This document shows positions 27,192 to 36,195 of a stretch of 64,000 nucleotides of DNA, piece by piece (positions within the stretch are counted from its first letter, which is position 1; the number at the start of each line of letters is the position of its first letter). Origin of the DNA: an uncultured Latescibacterota bacterium (lineage in GTDB: Bacteria > Latescibacterota > UBA2968 > UBA8231); contig OY282352.1 of the NCBI GenBank assembly GCA_958295495.1, positions 4,222,049 to 4,286,048 of the forward strand. Direction: 5' to 3'. The notes under the pieces are model-generated. The model ran no database searches. It was given only the letters and a program-made list of their open reading frames with translations, and was not told the DNA's origin. The position numbers and the translations under genes are program-made.

Positions 27192-28283
27192 TCAGCGCGC
27201 CAGCCAAGCGCTGAAGCGCTCGTTCATCTCGTCCATGTTGTCGCTCCACCAGCGCCAGTCGTTGCGCAGCGCACTCGCCGCGTTGGCTGTGGGCATATGC
27301 GGTGCCATCTCCACGCCGGTCTCGGCGTGGACCGAGATCAGATCCATGCCCGAGCGACGCACGGGCGCATAGGCGATGTAGCGGCCCACACCGGCCATGG
27401 ACTCTGGACGCGCCGCAAAGGCGAGGAACTTGCGCGCGGCCTCCAAATTCGGCGCACCCGCCGCGATGACAAGCTGGCCCGTGTCCAGTATTTGGCCGTC
27501 CCAGACGATAGTAAACGGCTGCTTTTCCAAGATCTGCGCGTTGAAGATGCGCCCGTTGAACGCCGTGGTCATCACCACTTCGCCATCTGCAAGCATCTGC
27601 GGCGGCTGTGCGCCCGTCTCCCACCAAACCACCTGATCCTTGATGGTGTCGAGCTTGCGGAATGCGCGACTGACTCCTTCGGGCGTGTCGAGGGTGGCGT
27701 ACACCTCGTCCCGGGGCACTCCGTCGGCCATCAGGGCGAACTCTAAGTTGACGGCCGGTATGCGCCGCATCCCGCGTCGGCCCGGGAACGCCTCAAGGTC
27801 AAAAAAATCGGCGATGGTCTCTGGTTTGCGCTCCTTAAAATGGTCCGCGTGGTACGCATAGATGGTTGAGTAGAACAACGTGCCGATGCCACACTCGCCC
27901 ATAGTTTCCGGGTAAAAGTCGTCCTCGGGCGATTCGCCATTCGCCCCAAGAGGCAGCTCAAAGTCCAGCACTTCGAGCAGGCCCTCGTCGCAGCCGGTCA
28001 TGGCATCGGCGAACTCCATACTTATCACGTCCCAATGCACGGCCCCCGCACCCACTTGAGCGCGCAATTGGGCGAGGCCGCCATTGTAGTCCTCCAAGCG
28101 AACCTCAATGCCCGTCTCGGCCGTAAACGCCTCGTGACAACCTTTTGCCCAAGCGCGCGCATACGAACCACCCCAAGACACCGCGGTCAGGGATTTTGCG
28201 TTGGCCGCCGCACACCACATCAACGCGGCCAAGGCACTCGCCCAAGCTAGCCTAGCGAACCAAGTTAAACTCATAGTGTTCAC
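27192..28283 (-). CDS. ABC transporter periplasmic substrate-binding protein (PotD/PotF-like), orphan
   Basis: Signal peptide ..ALMWCAAANA, then SLTAVSWGGSYARAW and a family-1 SBP layout. No permease or ATPase gene is adjacent. The start overlaps the peroxiredoxin stop by 4 nt. Confidence 0.75.
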   Translation of the reverse strand: MNTMSLTWFARLAWASALAALMWCAAANAKSLTAVSWGGSYARAWAKGCHEAFTAETGIEVRLEDYNGGLAQLRAQVGAGAVHWDVISMEFADAMTGCDEGLLEVLDFELPLGANGESPEDDFYPETMGECGIGTLFYSTIYAYHADHFKERKPETIADFFDLEAFPGRRGMRRIPAVNLEFALMADGVPRDEVYATLDTPEGVSRAFRKLDTIKDQVVWWETGAQPPQMLADGEVVMTTAFNGRIFNAQILEKQPFTIVWDGQILDTGQLVIAAGAPNLEAARKFLAFAARPESMAGVGRYIAYAPVRRSGMDLISVHAETGVEMAPHMPTANAASALRNDWRWWSDNMDEMNERFSAWLAR

Positions 28284-28915
28284 CTGTTGGGCTGCGGCGT
28301 GACGCGCAGGTAGGGCTTAACCGCCGTGAAGCCTTGGGGAAATTTCTCGGTGGCTTCCTCGTCCGAGAGGGCCGGGACCACGATGCAGTCGTCGCCGTCT
28401 TGCCAGTTGGCCGGGGTGGCGACCGAGTAATTGGCCGTCAGTTGCAGCGAGTCGATCACGCGCAAAATTTCGTCGAAGTTGCGGCCGGTCGAAGCCGGGT
28501 ACGTCAGCGTCAGCTTGACCTTTTTGTCCGGGCCGATGACGAAAACCGAGCGCACGGTCATATTGTCGAGCGCATTGGGGTGGATCATGTCGTAGAGCTC
28601 GGCGACCTTGCGCTCGGGATCGGCGACCAGCGGGAAGGCGACCTCGGCGTTTTGGGTCTCGTTGATGTCGGCGATCCAGCCCGCGTGGTCGTCAACCGAG
28701 TTGACGCTCAAGGCGATGATTTTGACGCCGCGCTTTTTGAATTCCTCTTCGATATTGGCCACTGCACCTAACTCCGTGGTGCAGACCGGAGTGAAATCGG
28801 CGGGGTGGGAAAAAAACACTCCCCAAGAATCGCCGAGCCATTCGTGAAAGTTGATGGGCCCCGCGGTGGTTGCCGCGCTAAAATCCGGGGCTTCGTCCCC
28901 GAGTTGAATAGCCAT
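28280..28915 (-). CDS. 1-Cys peroxiredoxin (Prx6 type)
   Basis: The product starts MAIQLGDEAPDFSAATTAGPINFHEWLGDSWGVFFSHPADFTPVCTTELG (PVCTTE active site). Confidence 0.9.
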   Translation of the reverse strand: MAIQLGDEAPDFSAATTAGPINFHEWLGDSWGVFFSHPADFTPVCTTELGAVANIEEEFKKRGVKIIALSVNSVDDHAGWIADINETQNAEVAFPLVADPERKVAELYDMIHPNALDNMTVRSVFVIGPDKKVKLTLTYPASTGRNFDEILRVIDSLQLTANYSVATPANWQDGDDCIVVPALSDEEATEKFPQGFTAVKPYLRVTPQPNR

Positions 28916-28988
28916 GATGGTTCTCCTTGTTCCTACTGTGAGAGGGTTTGCAAACGAACCTTAAATATCAAGGTACGTATAGCCGTCG

Positions 28989-29816
28989 TCAATTGGTCGC
29001 CAAAAGCCGCTTGAGATAGCGGGCACTCTCGCGGACAGCGGCTCGAGTGCCTAGTTCGGCCGAGGCCTGATGGACCGTTACATAGCCCTCGTAGCCGACC
29101 GCGTACAGAGCGTCAATCAGCGGCGGAAAGCGAATGCCCCCTTCTTCCCACAAGGAAATCTGGCGAAACCGCACCTTGCCGCGGCACCACGTATCGAGCG
29201 CGTCTGGACCATCGGAGGTCAAGACCTGATTTTGCAGATACACATTGAATAGGTGCGGCGCTAGGCGGCCGATAGCATTGAGCTGATAAGGCTGGCCGCA
29301 TAGTTCTAGGTTGGCCGGTTCGTAAATCAGGCCGAAGTTGGGGCGACCAATGCTCGCCAAAACTTGCAGCGAGCGGTCGATTTCCTCGAAGAGGCTGCGG
29401 GTGTGGCACTGGTGTGCTAGGCGCATAGCGCGCTCGGCGGCTTCGTCGGCCGCCCGGCGGGCCCAAGCGATATCTTCGTCCTGCTTCAGACAGACGCGCA
29501 GCAGCGGAGCGCCGAGCTGTTCGGCCAAATCGAGATAGGGCGTTATATTGCGGAGGGCATCCGGCCCTTGGGCGGAATTTTCGGGGATGGGGAAGTCGCC
29601 GGTGAGCATGGAGACGGTCAGCGAGTAGCGGCCGAGAAGGGCGCGGGCCGCGGCAACCGCCTCTGGCGGGCTGTGCGTGCCCACTTGCGAGGCGCGCATA
29701 CACAGCCCGCTGTACCCGTGGCGGGTGGCGAGGGCGGCCAATTGCTCGAGCGTCATATTGGCTTCGCGCTTGGCGTGGAATTTTTCGGCTACGCGAACCG
29801 AGAGCGAGAGTTTCAT
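28989..29816 (-). CDS. Sugar phosphate isomerase/epimerase (xylose-isomerase-like TIM barrel)
   Basis: From ATG 29816 the product reads MKLSLSVRVAEKFHAK. It contains LRVCLKQDED, LIYEPANLELCG and YVTVHQ. Confidence 0.75.
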   Translation of the reverse strand: MKLSLSVRVAEKFHAKREANMTLEQLAALATRHGYSGLCMRASQVGTHSPPEAVAAARALLGRYSLTVSMLTGDFPIPENSAQGPDALRNITPYLDLAEQLGAPLLRVCLKQDEDIAWARRAADEAAERAMRLAHQCHTRSLFEEIDRSLQVLASIGRPNFGLIYEPANLELCGQPYQLNAIGRLAPHLFNVYLQNQVLTSDGPDALDTWCRGKVRFRQISLWEEGGIRFPPLIDALYAVGYEGYVTVHQASAELGTRAAVRESARYLKRLLATN

Positions 29817-29897
29817 GGGTATCCTCGCTGGTTGAGGGTTGTTGGCGACCTGATTAGGGAACTGCAGGTAATTTGCACAAAGAAAGGACGCAAACCA

Positions 29898-30758
29898 ATG
29901 AGAACGATCCGCGCAGTATGGCTTGCAGTCGTCGCTGGCTGGTTGGCCGTTCCAGCCCAAGCTTGGTGGGGGGATGGACACGGGATTCTGACCGAGGGGG
30001 CGGTGCTGGCCCTGCCGGAGGACGTGCCGGCTTTCTTTCGCCAAGGTGGCAACATGGCCAGCCACGTGGTCTTCGATCCAGATTTGTTTAAGAATCGGGG
30101 CGCCCCCTTGCTGAGCCGCGCCGAGCACGGAGAGCACTATTTCGATCTAGAGTACCTCGGAGGGCGAGCGATTCCGGCAAAGCGCTTTGACTTTATCGCC
30201 TTATGCTTCGAGCTGGACTTGGATCCGACCAAAGTCGGGATGGCCCCCTACGCCATCGCCGAGTGGACCGAGCGGCTAGCCGTGGCCTTTGCCGAGCATC
30301 GCCAGTGGCCGGAGAACGAGGCGATTCAACAGAAGTGCCTCGTCTATGCGGGCATTCTCGCCCACTATGCCGAAGACGTTTGCCAGCCCCTGCACGCGAC
30401 CTTGGACTTCGACGGCAAGAAGCAGGCGGACGGCACGGTGATAGGCAAAGGCATTCACGAAAAGGTGGACTCCTCAGTGGAGCGGCTCGGCTTTGCGCCG
30501 CAGGATTTGGCGGCCGGGCAAGAGGTGGCGGCCTTTGATTCGCTGATGAGGGCCATCGTCGATCAGATCAGAGAAAGCAACGGGCTGGTAGAAGAAGTGT
30601 ACGCGCTGCTGGACCAGTGGGACGACGACGAAGATGCCCAGATGCGTGCCTTTGCCGAGGCGCGGGCGCGGACCGCCGTGCGCTTTACGGCCTCGCTCTA
30701 CCTGACGGCTTGGCACCAGTCTGCCGAAATTCGCTTGCCGGGGTGGTTGCAGCGCTGA
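29898..30758 (+). CDS. Secreted S1/P1-type zinc nuclease-like protein
   Basis: Signal peptide MRTIRAVWLAVVAGWLAVPAQA, then WWGDGHGILTEGAV (the W-G-x-x-G-H start of mature S1/P1). LAHYAEDVCQPLHAT resembles the H..GD..QPLH zinc motif. Confidence 0.6.
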   Translation: MRTIRAVWLAVVAGWLAVPAQAWWGDGHGILTEGAVLALPEDVPAFFRQGGNMASHVVFDPDLFKNRGAPLLSRAEHGEHYFDLEYLGGRAIPAKRFDFIALCFELDLDPTKVGMAPYAIAEWTERLAVAFAEHRQWPENEAIQQKCLVYAGILAHYAEDVCQPLHATLDFDGKKQADGTVIGKGIHEKVDSSVERLGFAPQDLAAGQEVAAFDSLMRAIVDQIRESNGLVEEVYALLDQWDDDEDAQMRAFAEARARTAVRFTASLYLTAWHQSAEIRLPGWLQR

Positions 30759-30789
30759 GGGGGCAGCAGGGTCGCCGAGGTGGTTTGCG

Positions 30790-31590
30790 TCAGTTGTTTA
30801 TTCCCGAAGTTCGAACGGATGCGCGAACTTGGCCCCCGTGTTCGGCAAGCCAAGAGCGGAAGAATTGCAACACTGCTTCGCCGTCTCCCTGCTGCCGTTG
30901 TTTCCGCTGAATGAGCCATAGCTCGATCTCGACGCCTCGCAGATCCGGGTTTAGCCCTCGGGCTTGGGGGCTGCCGTGGAAGTGCTTGAAATCCGGCTGA
31001 TTCTTGTAGAACGAAATCGCGTCGCTATTCTGTAGGAGATCCGAAACGATGATGAGACGCCGCGGCATGTTGCGGCGCTTGATGCTCTGAAAATGCTTTA
31101 TGGCAACCGACTGCACCGACTCCATGATCGGCGACGATTTCGCCTCTTTATTGGTGAGCAGCCTTCTAAGCTCCTCTTCTAAAGGTGCGCGAAATTTCTG
31201 CTGCCAGTTGCGCCGCATGATCGCTTCGGATTGCGTGAGATGATCGACGTTTTCCGGGTCGCCGGGACTACAAACCTTGATAATCGGGTCGAGGCTCCCG
31301 CTATGCGTAGGGTCCACCGCAAAAAGACTGATCTCGTGATTTTCCTCGATCTCATTGAGCAGGTTCCAGATCCGAGTCTCCAGATCGGACTTGGTGGTGG
31401 GCATAAATGAATCCGTGCGATCGAGCAAGATCGCCGTAATCGCCGAGGGGCCCTCCGACCGGCAAAGGGTCTGCGGGTCGCGCTCGACCGACGGCGGCTT
31501 TAGCAACACCAAGACGAGCAAGACAACGATGACCCCGGCGATCATCGCACCGCCTGCTATCGTTTTATTCGATAGCTTACCTTTACTCAT
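30790..31590 (-). CDS. N-terminally TM-anchored protein with vWA-like (DxTxS) domain
   Basis: TM segment IAGGAMIAGVIVVLLVLVLL. AITAILLDRTDSF resembles a vWA beta1 strand plus MIDAS D-x-S/T-x-S. SSPIMESVQSV and RRLIIVSDLLQNSD resemble later vWA elements. ATG 31590 overlaps the upstream stop (TAATG). Confidence 0.45.
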   Translation of the reverse strand: MSKGKLSNKTIAGGAMIAGVIVVLLVLVLLKPPSVERDPQTLCRSEGPSAITAILLDRTDSFMPTTKSDLETRIWNLLNEIEENHEISLFAVDPTHSGSLDPIIKVCSPGDPENVDHLTQSEAIMRRNWQQKFRAPLEEELRRLLTNKEAKSSPIMESVQSVAIKHFQSIKRRNMPRRLIIVSDLLQNSDAISFYKNQPDFKHFHGSPQARGLNPDLRGVEIELWLIQRKQRQQGDGEAVLQFFRSWLAEHGGQVRASVRTSGINN

Positions 31591-32999
31591 TACTTCTCGT
31601 CCTGAGCGCCCCTTGGGCTATTCGGCTGCCGGCGATGCGGAGCCAAAGGTCTCAATTCCTCGCTGCCCATATCGTACTGATTGTGGAGCTCCCGGACGCC
31701 GTTATCAATTTTTATTTCAGCCGCGCTGGTGATCTTCAAGATCTCCTCGCGCGTCAGCATGGCCTTCGGCAAGCTGGTGTCTATTGGCGTTCTCACTATG
31801 CGCCAAGGCTTCTTGAATCGCTCTGGCGCTTCTCCGTCTCGCATCGCCCGGTTGGTATCCCGGTAGAGCTTGAGCAAGTGGTTTCCCGCGTGCTCTAGAT
31901 GCTCTAGATGGTCGTCGAACGATTTGATAAGGCGGCGATGGTCGTCGATGATAGAATCGTGTTGTCGTCCCGCGAGCAAAACGTTTTGCTTGATGACCTC
32001 CAACGCTTGCACCGCCTCATCCGACGTTTTCTTCAATCCCTTTAGGCAGACCTGATAGAGCGCGTTGTATGCTTCGTCGGCCTCCGCGAATACGTGCGCG
32101 CACTTCGCGTAACCCGGATAGCGATCATCCCACAGGATTCCATCGATAAAGCTAATAATCGCAAAGAGAAACCCCATGAAGAACAGGATCCACGATTGGA
32201 AGTCCCCTAGACCCAATGGATTCTCGCCAAAAGCAGCGATGGCGAGTTTGCCTCCTTCGTCGAACACGGTGCCCGTTATCTCCCGATAGTGCGCCACCAT
32301 CAGGTTGAAAAACAACGCAAAACCTATAAACACCACAGCCCCGGCGATGCCCACGGACTTTCTGCTCCAGTGGATGTGGTTGAAATTGGTGACGAGGATG
32401 CCGAGCAAAAAGGCAATACCGAGGTTGACAAATGAGATGACAACCGCCTCGGTGTACGCGCCGAACAGCCCAAACTCGTTGCCCTTGGCCAGAAAGGAGG
32501 CATTGCCGAATGTCTCAATGAGAAAGAGCACGGCGATGATGCCTATGTTAAATATCTTATCGTCCCAGCTGCGGGGTTGGGGCTCGCGGTTGAGGCCATT
32601 TTGGTCCTTAAACTGCTGCAAGTCTTCTTTTTTTCTGCGCAGATCCTGCTGCTCTCTACTCAACTCCACTATGGCCTTATCGACGTGCTGATCGAACTCC
32701 GCGCGTTGCTTGGCCGTTTCAATCTCAATGGAACTTAGTTGCTCGCGGAAATCTAGTGCGACGAGCCGATCTCTGTATGTCTTTAGCTCGCTCTCGCACA
32801 CCTGCTGCGCCTGTGCTTGTGCGCTCTCAATTAGCCCGATAACCTTGCGTTCTGTGGGGTCGAGGTCGTCTTCCGCGCTGTCTAACGCGGGCCGCCCCCG
32901 CCTCGCATTCCTTTGGCTATCTTCTACTATATGCAGTTCTTCCGCGACCTTATTGGTAGCGATCTTCTCAAACGGGTTGGTATGAAGATCGTCTGTCAT
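31590..32999 (-). CDS. Coiled-coil / four-TM membrane protein, family not recognised
   Basis: 469 aa. The first ~150 aa are charged and coiled-coil. Four hydrophobic helices follow (IFNIGIIAVLFLIETF, VVISFVNLGIAFLLGILV, VGIAGAVVFIGFALFFNLMV, SWILFFMGFLFAIISFIDGIL). A helical C-terminal domain of about 170 aa ends the protein. Confidence 0.55.
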   Translation of the reverse strand: MTDDLHTNPFEKIATNKVAEELHIVEDSQRNARRGRPALDSAEDDLDPTERKVIGLIESAQAQAQQVCESELKTYRDRLVALDFREQLSSIEIETAKQRAEFDQHVDKAIVELSREQQDLRRKKEDLQQFKDQNGLNREPQPRSWDDKIFNIGIIAVLFLIETFGNASFLAKGNEFGLFGAYTEAVVISFVNLGIAFLLGILVTNFNHIHWSRKSVGIAGAVVFIGFALFFNLMVAHYREITGTVFDEGGKLAIAAFGENPLGLGDFQSWILFFMGFLFAIISFIDGILWDDRYPGYAKCAHVFAEADEAYNALYQVCLKGLKKTSDEAVQALEVIKQNVLLAGRQHDSIIDDHRRLIKSFDDHLEHLEHAGNHLLKLYRDTNRAMRDGEAPERFKKPWRIVRTPIDTSLPKAMLTREEILKITSAAEIKIDNGVRELHNQYDMGSEELRPLAPHRRQPNSPRGAQDEK

Positions 33000-33115
33000 C
33001 GCGCACTCCTCCTCATGTACAGCGTCTTTTGGGCTGAAAGGCAGGGGATTGAGGGGATTGTATTAAAGATATGCATAACTGCGATTTTCGCCTCCCTATT
33101 CTTTGTTTTTATCCC

Positions 33116-34249
33116 TCACAGCACCACCCTAAATCCCTCTCGATCTTCCATGCCCGGCGCGAAGATGCGCGGGTTGATGTCGAGGCCCGCGCCGGGCGTG
33201 TCGGGCACGTGCAGGATGGAGTTGGCGAGCCGCCAGCCGTCGGTGATCAGCCCGGGCATGGCAGCCGGCGCAGCTTCGAGCAGGCAGAAGTTGGGGATGG
33301 AAGCGGCGAAATGGGCGTGGTGAAAGCGCTCGACATAAGACCCCCAGCAATGGGGGGCGCAGAGCGCGTTCCACTGCTCTAGACGCGCCGCAGTGCTCCG
33401 CCACCACGTCAGGCCCATGGCGCGAAAATCGTGCTGCACCACGTCGATAAATCCCCGTTCTACCAAGTCAAAAAAGTACGGCGGCGGCGAAAATTCCCCG
33501 TCGGCAACGAGCGTGTCCCAGCCATTTTCGACGATGTGCTCCTTAAGCGCTTGGTTGAGCGGGGCGTCTTCGGCAAAAGGCTCCTCAAACCAATAAATGC
33601 CCACGTCCGCGCAGGCGTCCAACAGGGCCATGGCCGTGTTGAGCGTATTGCCCATGTTGGCGTCGATGAGCACCTTGGCCTGCGGGCCCGCGGCCTCGCG
33701 CACCGTGCGAATGACCAGCTCGTCGCGCTTGAGGCCCGCGTCCGTGGGCATCCAGCGCGCGCCGCGGCCGACCTTGATCTTGAAGTGCAAGTAGCCGTGC
33801 TCGTGGCCGGTGGCGACTTCGCGGTGGAAGATGTCTTTGACTTGTTCCTCATCGGTGGCCTCTAAATCGTCGATATAGACCGAGCCGTCGTACACTTCGA
33901 CCTCGCGTTTGCCGCGGGCGCCGAGCAGGCGGTACAGGGGCAAATCCATCATCCGCGCCACCAAATCCCACAGCGGCAGGTCGAGGTTGCGGCCCGCGGG
34001 CCGGCAGCCGTCGGGGAGCTGAAAGAGATCGCCGATCTCCTTGCCGAGGAGCGTGTGCGCTTCGGCCTCGCCAATGCGAGACCACCCCAAGCCCCACGCT
34101 CCGCTGTCCGTGCACACCCGGACGACCGGGTCCGCGATCTGCGCGCCGTGGGCGGGAATGCGGGCATTGAAGCCGATGTAGCGCGGCCGGGTGCCGCGCA
34201 GAACGCATTTTTCAATACAAGCAATTTTCCCTTTGGGGACTTCGTGCAT
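33116..34249 (-). CDS. Enolase-superfamily enzyme (MR/MLE, sugar-acid dehydratase-like)
   Basis: From ATG 34249 (GGAG RBS) the product reads MHEVPKGKIACIEKCVLRG. It contains LPLWDLVARMMDLPLYRLLG, HFKIKVG, VLIDANMG and WFEEPF. Confidence 0.85.
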   Translation of the reverse strand: MHEVPKGKIACIEKCVLRGTRPRYIGFNARIPAHGAQIADPVVRVCTDSGAWGLGWSRIGEAEAHTLLGKEIGDLFQLPDGCRPAGRNLDLPLWDLVARMMDLPLYRLLGARGKREVEVYDGSVYIDDLEATDEEQVKDIFHREVATGHEHGYLHFKIKVGRGARWMPTDAGLKRDELVIRTVREAAGPQAKVLIDANMGNTLNTAMALLDACADVGIYWFEEPFAEDAPLNQALKEHIVENGWDTLVADGEFSPPPYFFDLVERGFIDVVQHDFRAMGLTWWRSTAARLEQWNALCAPHCWGSYVERFHHAHFAASIPNFCLLEAAPAAMPGLITDGWRLANSILHVPDTPGAGLDINPRIFAPGMEDREGFRVVL

Positions 34250-34263
34250 GGCCAAGCTCCTTA

Positions 34264-35364
34264 TCAGGGCGGGGGCAAGAGGCCCTCGCCGTTCCACAAG
34301 CGGGTCTGCGGCCAATAGGACGACCACCCAAACCACATCGAATTATAGGCTGGGATTTGCTCTAGCTGCGCTCCTTTGAGCGGCCCGGCAAGGGCCTCGC
34401 CGAGCATGTTCCACCCGCTGCCGGTCTCCACGTCGGCAAAGGCCAAAGGCCGGTCGCCGGTGCGGCTGAGGATGCGAAAGGTCAAAAGCTGATCGCCGAC
34501 AACGCGGCTGTAGGGAATGGCGGTGGCAGTCTCTGCGTCGTAGAGCACGAGCACGGCGCGGTCGCCGACGCGATCGTTGATGACCGCATTATCGGGCATC
34601 CTGCTGAAAGGATAGGCCCTGCTCTCGCCGGCGTCTCGCAACCCCAAGACCATTTCCTTGGCCGGCAAGCGATCGCTGGGCCGAGTGGTGGTCAGTGGAA
34701 AAATAATCATCTCGTGGTTGCTGCGATAGTCGCCATAAGGGTAGTGGCCATAGGCATCGAGCGGATACATTGCGCGGATATAGTCCGGGTAGTGGTCGAG
34801 GCCGGTCGAGGCTTGGACGACCGTGGTGTGCGGATGGAGCGTGCGCCACAGGTCCCAAGTCGTCTCGACCACGGGCAAGAGTTGGAGGCGCTGCCCTTGG
34901 TGTGCGCCGTTGATGCCGGCGTAGATCATCTGCGGGTACAGGGTTTTCTCGTCGTGCCGGTCGTACAGCACCAAGTTGCTGTTGAGCACCATGCCGGAGA
35001 CGCCAAGTTCGATTTGTCCCGAGTCCGGGGCCGTCGCGTCAAAGACTAGCCCAGTGCTGGTCAGCGGGCAGAACGTGACACTGATGTACTGGCCGCCGAG
35101 CTGGTCGTTGATGACCTCGTGCTTCCAGCCGAGGCGGTGCGGATAGGCCCGCGCGTCCCCGTTGACGACCACGCCGAGGACTAGGTCCAAATCCGCGAGA
35201 TAGTGCGCGTCTGCCGGCGCGACGGGCTGGGGGTTGGTCATGGCCGGGATGCCGTCGCGGGGCACTCCGCCCGAGCGCAGGTGGTGGGTCAGTTCGCCGA
35301 GGCGGTCGTAGATATCGGCGCGGAGGGGAACGGCGATGAAAAGGGCGAGCAGGATGGGGGCCAT
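34264..35364 (-). CDS. DUF3179 domain-containing secreted protein
   Basis: Signal-like MAPILLALFIAVPLRA, then GVPRDGIPAMTNP...LGVVVNGDARAYPHRLGWKHEVINDQLGGQYISVTFCPLTSTG, the canonical DUF3179 pattern. Confidence 0.8.
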   Translation of the reverse strand: MAPILLALFIAVPLRADIYDRLGELTHHLRSGGVPRDGIPAMTNPQPVAPADAHYLADLDLVLGVVVNGDARAYPHRLGWKHEVINDQLGGQYISVTFCPLTSTGLVFDATAPDSGQIELGVSGMVLNSNLVLYDRHDEKTLYPQMIYAGINGAHQGQRLQLLPVVETTWDLWRTLHPHTTVVQASTGLDHYPDYIRAMYPLDAYGHYPYGDYRSNHEMIIFPLTTTRPSDRLPAKEMVLGLRDAGESRAYPFSRMPDNAVINDRVGDRAVLVLYDAETATAIPYSRVVGDQLLTFRILSRTGDRPLAFADVETGSGWNMLGEALAGPLKGAQLEQIPAYNSMWFGWSSYWPQTRLWNGEGLLPPP

Positions 35365-35650
35365 GGCGTCGGGCACTAGGAAAGCGATGCGGGAGGCTCT
35401 ATTATACAAGCAAGCGAGCCACTGCACGTCAAACGACCGCGGCCAGCTTGCGGACTGCTGCGGATCCTCGCCGACCAATCGCCCTGCGCTTCTCAGGCGT
35501 GGTGAGGAAGCGATAGTACGGGATCCAAAAATGGCGCAGGAATAGCTACTAGGTCGCGGTTGACCCGTTGCAGCAGCGGGCGTACTATTCCCCGACCAAC
35601 CCGTATTCCGCACGATCCGCACGAAATAGCTGGCAGGCGACTGAGCAATT

Positions 35651-36193
35651 ATGTCGAGGAAGGGAAGCACTATATTCGAGCGGCCCGATTGGGACGAGTA
35701 CTACATGCACATCGCCATGGCCGTCCGGGCGCGCGCCAACTGCACGGGCAATCGCATTGGCGCCATCTTGGTGCAGAACGATCGGATCATTTCGACCGGC
35801 TACAACGGCACCCCGCACAACATGGTCAACTGTCTCGACGGGGGATGCGACCGCTGCGCCCACCGCGACCTGCACGCTTCGGGCAAGGACTACGATTTGT
35901 GTATCTGCGTCCACGCCGAGCAAAACGCGCTGTTGTCGGCGGCCCGCTTTGGGATCGCCACCGAAGGAGCGGTGCTGTATTCGACGATGCGGCCTTGTTT
36001 TGGCTGTGCCAAAGAAATTCTCCAGGCCAAGATATACGCGGTGTACTACTTGCACGATTGGAGCTATCCCGACGCCGAGCGACAAGCTAGCTACAAGGAG
36101 TTGTTGTCGTTTGTACCCGGAGGCGTACAGGCTGTGGCCATGGACGACCCGGACGCTGTTTGGGCTGTCTCCTCCTTGCGCCAAGACGAGTGA
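35651..36193 (+). CDS. Deoxycytidylate (dCMP) deaminase
   Basis: RPDWDEYYMHIAMAVRARANC start, the HAEQNA zinc motif and PCFGCAKEI. Confidence 0.9.
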   Translation: MSRKGSTIFERPDWDEYYMHIAMAVRARANCTGNRIGAILVQNDRIISTGYNGTPHNMVNCLDGGCDRCAHRDLHASGKDYDLCICVHAEQNALLSAARFGIATEGAVLYSTMRPCFGCAKEILQAKIYAVYYLHDWSYPDAERQASYKELLSFVPGGVQAVAMDDPDAVWAVSSLRQDE

Positions 36194-36195
36194 GG

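Noticed and set aside
27168-27746. ORFs on both strands inside the ABC substrate-binding protein gene.
   Set aside because: The SBP frame has a signal peptide and family-typical sequence throughout. The alternatives are GC-frame artefacts.
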